A stretch of DNA of 64,000 nt, taken from Eledone cirrhosa (Eukaryota). Below, in pieces: positions 53,964 to 64,000 of this stretch. The stretch lies in contig OZ024740.1 in assembly GCA_964016885.1 (NCBI GenBank), positions 276,768,001 to 276,832,000 on the forward strand, written 5' to 3'. The translations under genes were made by a program, and so were the position numbers. Position 1 is the first letter of the stretch, and every line of letters begins with the position of its first letter. The notes beneath the pieces were generated by a model, which had not been told where the DNA came from, did not search any database, and worked only from the letters and a program-made list of their open reading frames with translations.

Positions 53964-54537
53964 CATATTATACATCCAGGCATTATAGTTCAGCCTAGAC
54001 TCAATAACATGTATTCATCTATGTACTGTTTCTGCCAATACAACAAATCATTTATTCGTTCTGTATTTACTATTGTATTTTCACGGTAAAAACTTTATCT
54101 CACATAACTATCCTGCATGATATTGAAGCAATGAGATTTCGATGTTATTTATTTTGAGAATAATACCATAACATAAGTATGAGCGGCCGGTTTGAACAGA
54201 AAGAGGTGAGAGTATTCTGGTCGGATACGGCCGGTTTAAATGCTAAAGGGCGAGTCTGAATATTTCTTCTTCGAGCAGTGTCTGAAGACAGTCGAAACAC
54301 CGCTCAGATTTAGGTTTAGAGTCTGTCCCCCTTTCCCCTTCTTACTTTCTTTCATTACTTAACAATCCTAGCCATTATCCTCTCTTTCCACTCATTTAAG
54401 CACTCTACGTCATATGTTTTCTTCCTCTATCTCTGATTTAAAAAATAAATGGATCAATCTGAAATCAAACCCAGATCGGAAGCTCACAGGACTGGCTGGT
54501 TAAATATCACTAGCCGGCCGCGAATACAATACAATAC

Positions 54538-54725
<188 letters not shown>

Positions 54726-57399
54726 TACATATATATATATACATATGTTTATATACATATATATATATATATGGATGATCCACTCATGTAGGTGGATACG
54801 TATGTATTTCTATGTAATTGTTAACGGACTAATCATTATCAGAAAAAAGTAAAAGAAGAAAGTAAGAAATTATATCATTGTTTTTTTTAATGCTGTTGTT
54901 GAATATACGAAGAATATTAAAGAAATGAAATGAAGAACCGCAAAAGATAATTAAAAAAGAACAGGCGCATGCGAATAAAGATAGGCAATTGTTGAATATG
55001 TAATTTATATATAATATATGCGTGTGCGTATGTGAGTGTGTTTATGTGTGTGTGTACACATATATATGGAGTGACTGTGAATGGGAGAGTGCTTCATGGA
55101 ATATTTTCTAATTTTTGTCTGACAGAATTTCCACGCTGGTGAAATCTGTAGGTCATTTAGTAAAATCTATAACCATTTGGCAGGCGATCGATTTTAACTC
55201 TATTTATATCGATTTAAAACTCTATTTATATGCTGACCTGGTTACATTGTAAGGAATGGAGAAAAAGGCGTTCGGTAAGTAATCAAGCCATTCTTGTCCA
55301 CCATCTGACACGCCTGATCGATAGCAGTTTTATCAGAACAAGCCAGACAAAAGTTAATATAGACGTGGATTCGATTCTTATAGACTTACTTCCACATCTC
55401 TTTTCAAAGGAATTCATTCTGGATCAAGCAAAACTTCTGTATATTTGCAGCTTCGCTAATTCTTTCTTAGCAATAGAATCTTTTATTCTATTTTCTTTAT
55501 TTATCTATTTTACAATTTTGATGTGAATCTCTTATCGTCTGCTTTTCATTCATTTTTTTAATACTCTACTCTCATTAAAAGATTCATGTAAAAAATAAAT
55601 GAGAGGGATATTGTCCGAGCAAAATTATTTCCCATACAAATGTATTAAGATAAAATGGCACACATACTTCTTCTTTCCTCTTCCTACTTTTTTTTTTTTT
55701 AACTTCTTATTAGAATCATATTCTACATCTTTTATTTTGTTAATTTTCTTTATTATCCACTTCGTTTCCTCTATCTGTCTGCCTATCTGAATCGCCCTTC
55801 TCTTCCCTGCTTCTCTTCCCCATGTACCTCCTGCTTCTTTTGGTAAACATATCGAGATTTTACTTTTGGCAAAGAAATATAAATATCTGATTAGGATAAT
55901 GAATCAAAGGAAACTTATATATTTTATTCTCTTCTATTCTGTTTTGTCACTCTGAATGGAAGACAGGTTTAAACATATATCGAATAAATCGGAGTCTGGA
56001 AGAAGCTGTGAATAGGAAAAAAAAGAAAGAAAGAAAAATAATGTTTTTTGATGGCGAATAACTTAGATAGTCACGTTTCTGTTAATTCTTTATTGAAATA
56101 GATTAGCATATATGCAAGCTTGATTGCTTGGTTTTGTTTTATATTATATTTGTAAGAAATGTTTTAAAAAACTTTGAAGTAAACTGCTGAGTATTTTGAC
56201 GTAATAAAGACTATCTTATAAATGGCTTGAAACATGGAATTACACAAATATAAAAAGTAGCATTTTATCATTCAGTTTACTATTTACATTTCAGAATATT
56301 CATGTAAGCGTAGACTTGTTGGTAAAGATATCATGACATGGTTAAAATATGGGGAAGGAAACACCGTCCAATTCTTTTGGAGACTATTTTGTCAATACAA
56401 ATAGTTAAGGCTTTCTTAAAAATAACTCTGGAACCTGTTCTTATAATTTCTGTTTTAACGTTATAAAATCTAATTAGTTTTTTTTTTTTTTTTTTTAAAT
56501 GAGCAAAGATCTGTAAAAGTAATCACTCGGCAAGATGATATTGAAGACATTTTTCTTTTTCGTTCGTTATTAATCTTCATGAAACATCCAGTTCCTCCTA
56601 AGTATCTTTTAAATCTACTTAAAATGAAATTATCCTTGAGAGCTTTTTTCTTCAAGAAATTCCGCTCACAAACAGTAACCCTAATGATGATAATGCATTC
56701 TGAAACCGTGATGTTTTCACTATAATAAATAACATTAAAAATGTTGGTAATAGAGGTAAGTTTTTGGTAAGAGATGAGTTGTTTTCTAGTCATAGTTGGA
56801 ACCTTTTCACGATCGTTGTTAGAGCTTATGTGAACTCGTCAGGAGATGGAGGTAATACGTATAAGGGTTTACTAGTCGTCTAATATTAGGAAAAAGATGC
56901 GGTTAAGTTTAAGTTTGATCAACTGTAGGTCAATGTTTGCCAGTAAAGTGTAGGCAGACATCGAATTTAAAAGGGTTGCCGTTAGGTAAAAAAGAGATAG
57001 ATATTTTGGATTGGGCTGCGATAAGGTGACGAGACATTGTAAAGAACACAGGTGCGTTTCAGTGAAGTGGTTATGCAATATCCAATATCAACGCAGTAGA
57101 GCCCTCTGCGGTATTGGTAGATTATGCAGACAGAAAAGACTGAGTGTGACTGTGGGACAGAAGCTATAGTGTGCTAGTGAGTGCATCATTCCAAATAAGT
57201 CAGTGATATTCTTCTGGATAATGTCTACAGGCCTAGTGTTGCGTAGCAACAAAATCCCTTCTATGAAAGCTGTATTTCATTTTAGGACTTACATGAGCGT
57301 TGTACTTGATTGAAGATGAAATAGTTTCTGAACCTGAAGACAAATTTTGGTCTTTATGATGTGGTATTTCTAAAGGCACTGAAAGCAACTCAATTATTA

Positions 57400-58140
57400 A
57401 TCTGAGCTAGAGCGGCTGTGTTTAACCGGAAAATATATTGTCGTTCCTGATGTAAGTAGATTTTGGCAGCACCTTGGTGTTGTACAATGCCGTAAATGGT
57501 GACACGCAGGTTGATGTAGCCTGAAGAATTAAAATTTTTAACTTCAGGACAGACGAATGCAGGTTTTTACGTCGGAATTCCTGAAAACAGTTATATGTGA
57601 AAGGATTGGTGCCATAGAAAGACGACCTAGCTCCATCTTGAGTGGTAAGTCTCCTAGGAAAAGGACACGCACTGTAGCCGCAGTGGAAGAAAGCAAAGTG
57701 TGCAGGTTCGTTGTGGTGGTGCATGAAGATTATATAGATTACATTCATGTCTAAATGAAGGGAGAACATATTTTGGAAATATATGGGAAGAGGCCGGGCG
57801 GCGGAATGGATAAAACGGAAATTCCGCAAGATAGTTCGCTGGAACTGCAATAAAACAGAATAGTACTGTTGTTGATGGATTGAGGCATGTATCTTAAATC
57901 ACAAATAAGTTGGTACATATTGGACAACACACATATAATGCAATTATGTGCTTAATCTATTCTTAAAAGTAATATGTCATTGTCTTTACCAATTATTTTG
58001 TATCATGTTACCAATTAATAATTTGGCAACTGACACATTCCATACCTGCCACATGGTGGGTAATTAAATAACCAAATCAATGTAGTTTCTTGATGTCTCA
58101 CCACGATTCTGCATATTAGCTAGTCGGTATTCTTATGAGA
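57400..58140 (-). pseudogene. Possible decayed PLE thumb/linker/GIY-YIG region
   Basis: QRTILRNFR, GARSSF...FTY and STYIRN remnants resemble PLE motifs. Confidence 0.4.
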
Positions 58141-58882
58141 ATTATTAATACATTATTGTCATTCTTCCTGAAAACAATGTCAGCCGTGTTATATGTTATT
58201 TAGTTGACTATCTGTATGTAAAAGATATATTCACTCTCCCTGTTGTAGTTTTCTAAGAGAAGTAGGGTTTTATATGTCACAAAAAAACGTTTGGATTAAA
58301 GAAATGGAACTGATTAAGTTGTTATACTACCAAGTTTATATCATATGAACCAATATAGTTTGACTACGCTAAGAGCCAAGTATATATCCTAACAACCAAT
58401 ATATATTTCTACAAAAAAACTATACATTATAAGCAACACGTTTGATGTATCTTATATAATTATAGATATTCTTTTGAATGTGTGTGGTGTTGCTGTATTG
58501 TTTCTGTATGTAAAATGCTGTCTCCGATACTCCATGCAGGCTTTATTTGGTCACTGAAGCTAAAATCAGTGGAGCATTCCATTCGGTGAAGTATTGGTCA
58601 TATAAGGGCATATATTTATGAGTGTTTATGGCAGTCATAAATCCTATTTGTTTGATCATTTTTACGGTTGTCTTAGTTTTAGATGTTAAGAGTTTGATAT
58701 CTAATCCAACCTTTTCAGATAATGTTGCTGCTGCTGTCAAGATTAATTTATTACTTTTGTATAAGTCAACTAGGGTAGCCAGAAACTTTCTTCTAGGTTC
58801 GAATGACAGCGTTCAGCGTTGATAATTGTCTTAAACGTCATGACGTTCTAGAGCAACCTACGTTCTTCTTTTCTTCTGATAT

Positions 58883-59066
58883 AATTGTTTCTACTTTAGG
58901 CACAAGGCCAGCAATTAGCCAGTGCATTACTGGTACTTTATTTTATCGACCCCGTAAGGATGAAAGGCAAAGTCAACCTCGGTGGGATTTGAACTCAGAT
59001 CGTAAAGGGACGTAACTATGCTGGAAAGCATGGCGTCCGACCCTCTACCGATACTGCCAATCCACC
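58883..59066 (-). mobile_element. SINE, short subtype
   Basis: Head, core and tail. Confidence 0.85.
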
Positions 59067-59875
59067 TTATTGCCACTAATGTGGAAGATGGGGAGTTTTG
59101 CTCTATAAAAGCCTTAGTCAAGCAGATTTATGATCAATGGTTCTCCATAAGTGACTATCCCTTCTTTTGCAAACAGGGACTACTCCTTACAATATATTCT
59201 AATTTATTTAAATGTGATTAGATGTTTAGCTACTATTTTAGAAGATCAAACAAACTCATAGAGTAATTTTAGAGGATTTTAAAGTTTACCGTCTCGTGTT
59301 TAAGTTTCTATTTCAATATCACGCAACTATGTCATACAACTACTGCAAATGTGTTATAGGAATCATATTTTCTATTTTTACTTGCGATTAAACATATTTC
59401 GTTCTCTGTCAAAATATTAATTTCTTATTCTCATGGGACCAATTCTACCTACATTAATACCCAAGTACTTAAAAATATATATTTATTTAAAAGCTGAATA
59501 ACGTTCCATTCATGAAATTCCAATTTATGTTGTGATTTGAAAGTGCACCGCCTGGAATTATGTTCCCCTGTAAAAGACATTTTAATTTAATGCATGACAA
59601 TACCAAAGAAACTCTCAAGCTGAGATCTATTTGCAGCATATACATTTATATCACACATGAAGCAATGACTCTCTTCTGATTTAACTATCCCCTAACCGCT
59701 TACAGTTTTATGAATATTCTAAACGAAAACACCTTTTTACCATCTACTATTTTCTAACTATTTCTCTTCCTTGTCTTTAGAGTAGTGTAAAAGAAGAATG
59801 TTGGCTTCATATAAATAAGATAGAAGAATCATCGTCATAAGAATAAGATAGACTGAATTAACGAGTGGGTGAGAA

Positions 59876-60172
59876 GATGGCGTAGGACAGAACAAAGGAG
59901 AGGCACAAAACAAAGAAAATAATCCCTAGTCACTGAAGAGGTCACACAATGTGTGACGAAAGAACTTTGACAATATATGATCAACCGTCCGGTTGTGGAA
60001 CCAACCAACCAACCGGAAATTTATAAATTTTTTTTAATTTATAATAAATTGGAGTGAAAGCAACTGGTGCGTGTGTTTCTTATTGGCAACATGACCCTCC
60101 CAAAGTATAACAATATCGGTTTCAACACACATTTTCAGATAAAGAATCTTGCTAAACAAATTCAGAAACGAA
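59876..60172 (+). mobile_element. Solo Penelope pLTR
   Basis: Highly similar to 15121-15429. Confidence 0.85.
59929..59971 (+). ncRNA. Minimal hammerhead ribozyme (CUGAAGA core)
   Basis: GTCA-CTGAAGA-G-GTCACAC-AAT-GTGTGAC-GAAA-GAAC-TT-TGAC. Confidence 0.7.
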
Positions 60173-60189
60173 ATATATATATATATATT

Positions 60190-61561
60190 AGTCTTAGTTC
60201 CTCCAGTCCCTCGTGGAACATTGGGCGACGAGCTTCCTCCACTTGATCCTGTCACTGGCGGCCCTTCTAGCACCTCTCCAGGTAATTCCCATCTCCCGCA
60301 GGTCCTCCCTGAATGTGCTCCGCCATGTTTTTCGTGATCTTCCCGGTTCTCTCCTGCCACCTTCTCGTACCCAATCCATGGAAATATGAGCAGGTCGATC
60401 TGCCAGCAAACAAAGGATGTGGCCCGCGAACCGCCGTCTCCTTTTCCGGACAATGTCCCTTAACCTCTCCAATCCTGACCTCCTCATCACTTCCTCGTTG
60501 CTAACTTGGCCTCTCCATGAAATTTTCAATATGGTCCGAATGCAACGACGGTGGAATACATCAAGCTTGTTACATACACTTTCCGTACTCTTCCATGTCT
60601 CACAGGCATATACTGCTGTTGGTACTACAATGGACATGTAAACACGGAATTTGACGGCGTTGCCGATGGAACAGCTGGACCATACCGGACAGAGTCGCTG
60701 AAGAGGAGGTGCCGGAGGACTGGGGAAATGGAGTGTTTGTACCACTACCGAAGAAGGGCTGTCTCAGCGACTGCAACAACTGGAGAAGGATCACGTTGCT
60801 ATCAGTGCCAGGGAAGGTATTCTGCACAGTCATCCTGAACCGGCTGAGAGCAGAAGTAGATCGTCATCTTCGAGACGAACAGGCTGGCTTCCGCAGTGGA
60901 AGGTCTTGTCTAGAACAGATCTTCACTCTCTGAAATATCATTGAACAATGTCGGGAGTTCTGCAGGTTCCTTGTTGTCAACTACATTGACTTCAGGAAAG
61001 CTTTTGAGTGTTCATCGGGAGTCATTGTGGAAGATTGTAAGACTCTACGGTGTCCCAGAGAAATATATTAACATCTTCAGGTCGCTGTACCGACATTCCA
61101 GGTGCTGCGTTACGACAAAGGACGGAAACACGGAAATGTTTGACATCTTGACGGGTGTTCGACAAGGCTGCATCCTTTTGCCTTTCCTTTTCCTCATTGT
61201 CATCGATTTCATCATGAAGAAGACAATGAGTGACCCTCGTTTTGGTATCAGTTTGGATGGAAGGAGATTAAGCGACCTGGACTTTGCCGATGACATCGCA
61301 GTGATAGGCCATTCCCGAGAAGACCTGCGAGAGATGACAAACGTTCTAAATGACAATGCAGAGAAAGTTGGCCTGCGCATCAGTTGTGAAAAAACCAAGA
61401 CCATGTCGACAGGTGACCCTCCAAATCCTCCCATCATGGTTGGTCAGCGTAAAATTGAATGTGTAAACCACTTCCAATGCCTTGGTAGCAACATCTCTGA
61501 CGATGGGGATGCTGAGGTGGATGTGCGCACAAGGCTGGGGAAAGCAGCGGCGGTCTTCCAG

Positions 61562-61563
<2 letters not shown>
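60190..61563. mobile_element. 5'-truncated RTE-clade LINE with inverted 5' segment, in (TA)n
   Basis: 60194-60700 (-) encodes the C-terminus (YACETW..FHRRCIR..RGARRAASDR); 60701-61563 (+) encodes RT (NWRRITLLSVPGK, EQAGFR, GVRQGC, FADD). Confidence 0.92.
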
Positions 61564-61606
<43 letters not shown>

Positions 61607-61848
61607 CTTCTTCATAACCTGGACATTATTTTCCCAACTTGTAGAAAACTTATAATGAAACGATCGTTTGGAAAGAGGGATGTATTTAATTGTGTCTCAT
61701 ATACAATAATACAACTGGCTACCCGCAAAATACGTATAATTAGCACCCCAAACGTATAATTAGGATTATACTAAGGTATATCCTAATGTTTGTTAAGTGA
61801 GACGGAAGTCGGTCGGAGTATTGCTTAAATCTTTCTCTGTTAATGTAT

Positions 61849-61927
<79 letters not shown>

Positions 61928-61930
61928 GTG

Positions 61931-61973
<43 letters not shown>

Positions 61974-63714
61974 AAGTAGGAGAGAAATGGTTAACCTGAA
62001 AGATTGTGTCAGCGAGCACGTGTATGAATAAGAAAATGTGTGCGTTTGTAGACTATAGATACAGAGAGATAGACAGAAAGATGGAGATACGTATACGGAA
62101 GAGAGAAATAATTAAAAAGAGATTGAGTGAGAGAGAAAGAAAGTAAACCTGGGAGTTTGAGAATGAGAGAGAGCAACAAAGAAGCGTAAGGAAGTGAAGG
62201 GGAAAATATTGCGTGTTTTAACGTAATTTAGGTGTGTGAAAGAGATTTCCTTTGTTTGTTATGCCACATATGTTCGTATATGTGAACATGCATGTGTGCG
62301 CGTATACGTGCAAGTCTCTTCGTGTACTTGTTAGCGTTTTTGTGGCAATGCATGTGTCTGTGTATGTGTATGAGTGTGTTAGACTATATTCGTTTGAAAG
62401 AAGGCAAGAGAAACAAAAGAGAGAAGAAAAGAGATTGAGAGAGTGGAAGGGAAATAAGTATAAGATAGACTGAGTTAACGAGTGGGTGAGAAAATAAAGC
62501 AGCCTCCATCATGTAAAAAGGTAAATTAACAAGTAAAACTGTCTGACGTCAAGACATCCTGCTGTGACGTTGGATGACAAGGTCGCTGCTTATGACGTAA
62601 TCTTTCATTGCTAACGTAATAGTTGCGACATGATTGATGTTGTTGTTTAACTTCATGTCAGTCCTGATCGAACATGCCTAACATCAAATCGTTCCAGCTG
62701 TGACCATTCCGTTATAGATTCAAAAAAGACGATAGGGAACTTAATATGTCTATTTCTTGCAATTCAAGTGACCATGGATGGGTTTTCTTAATTGATTGCC
62801 CGAAAGCATAAGGGCTGTAACGGTAAATCTTAGATATATACCTCCACTTCCCCATCATCACTACATTGTTTTATCTCTAACATTATGTGCTAAACACTTT
62901 CCTAAATCTTGAACTGAAACCCTTTGGAACTCGTACGGTCTCGTGTGTATTTTTTCTTTTCCCTTTCCAACAAATATAAGAAAATATTGATTATATCTTA
63001 TACCACATCGAGACAGTGGGTAAAGTTTCGATACTCGTATGGTTCAAATTAATTTCATCGACTATGATGACATTAGTGGGAATGTCAATAGATCCAGAAC
63101 ATGCTAATATTTCCTCTTCCTTCTATTATCAAGACTGTATTTAGTAAACAAGCAATAATTTTAATCGGCTGCCTCATTTGTTTAATCTCACCTTATATCG
63201 TTGAGATACATATCCAAGTTAATCCAAATGCATAGTTGAGTGCACGGAGGACAATTCGTAATTCCCAAATAAATGTGGTGATATTCTAGTCACGCAAACA
63301 GGCTTTACTGAACTTTCACTGCCCCAGTTCACATAGTGGTATATATTATGTGAAAGTTTAGACTATTGTAGTATGCGTTGCAGAATGTCTTTTGTTCTGA
63401 TATTCTTTGATCTTAACTTCAATGCTCCCATGGCTATCAAAAGTCTACAGCGTACTGGCTTTCTTATCAGAGAGTCTCGTTAGAGTCAGTTTGATAAAAT
63501 GTGACGTAAACCAGCTATTTTTCTTCTGACTATATAGAATAGGCTACAGAGACACATGCAGACTGTGTATACCTAAATCTTCACGTGAAAAACAACATTA
63601 GTGTAGTTATGTTTAAGACAAACAAGCAAAAACTATTTTGTAAAGCAGACATACACATGTAATAATGTATATTTAACATTGCTGGGTATCTTCCTTCATC
63701 ATAGATCATATCCA

Positions 63715-63980
63715 TAATGTTGTTGTTTTGTCCTTAGATGAGCATCGATCAAACTGATCTATGATCAAAAACTTTCCACTCGTAAACATCTTTGTTTGGC
63801 TGCTATTTCTAGCAGGTCGTATGATTACGTAGATGCCCCGATCCAGAAAATCAATGGAATAACAAGCAAATTTCCATCACATGACGCCTTACCGCTAACT
63901 GTAAAATTATTCAAAAGCACACTCATATGTGATGACTCAACCTGCTAGAAATAGCAACGAAATTTCCAGCAAACCACATT
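63715..63980. mobile_element. Fragments of a second, old short interspersed repeat with (CAA)n tail
   Basis: TGCTATTTCTAGCAGGT inverted at about 63801 and 63940; related decayed tails at about 1-95, 24255, 36430, 37070 and 62630. Confidence 0.45.
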
Positions 63981-64000
63981 CCCCCACCATAAAAATAGAA

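Noticed and set aside
54270-54310. CTGAAGA-CAGTC-GAAA hammerhead candidate
   Set aside because: Stem II too short and no UH site; at most a decayed copy
55140-55526. Non-repetitive ORF
   Set aside because: No recognisable motif or splice structure
56790-56850. Minus-strand CTGACGA-GTTCAC..GTGAAAAGG hammerhead candidate
   Set aside because: Stem II overlaps the GAAA; stems I and III unconvincing

Overview
AT-rich, repeat-saturated eukaryotic DNA (intergenic or intronic) with no recognisable intact host gene. Most ORFs in the supplied track are artefacts of (TA)n, (CA)n, (GGT)n, (GAA)n and (GTA)n microsatellites. The repeat spectrum looks molluscan, probably cephalopod/octopus (inference). 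Recognisable content: about 25 copies of a tRNA-headed SINE; a Tx1/L1-clade LINE with zinc-knuckle ORF1 and a broken ORF2 in a (GATA)n site; an RTE LINE with a twin-priming-type 5' inversion; a decayed R4/Dong-like LINE; several Penelope-like element (PLE) fragments (GIY-YIG and RT); hAT and mariner MITEs; and a Helitron 3' end. The most notable signal is a dense set of short non-coding elements in (TA)n tracts that carry type I hammerhead ribozyme cores. Their stem II sequences differ while keeping base pairing, and they occur as foldbacks, terminal repeats or apparent circular permutations, suggesting a PLE-dependent, retrozyme-like system. All calls are by eye and some coordinates are approximate.
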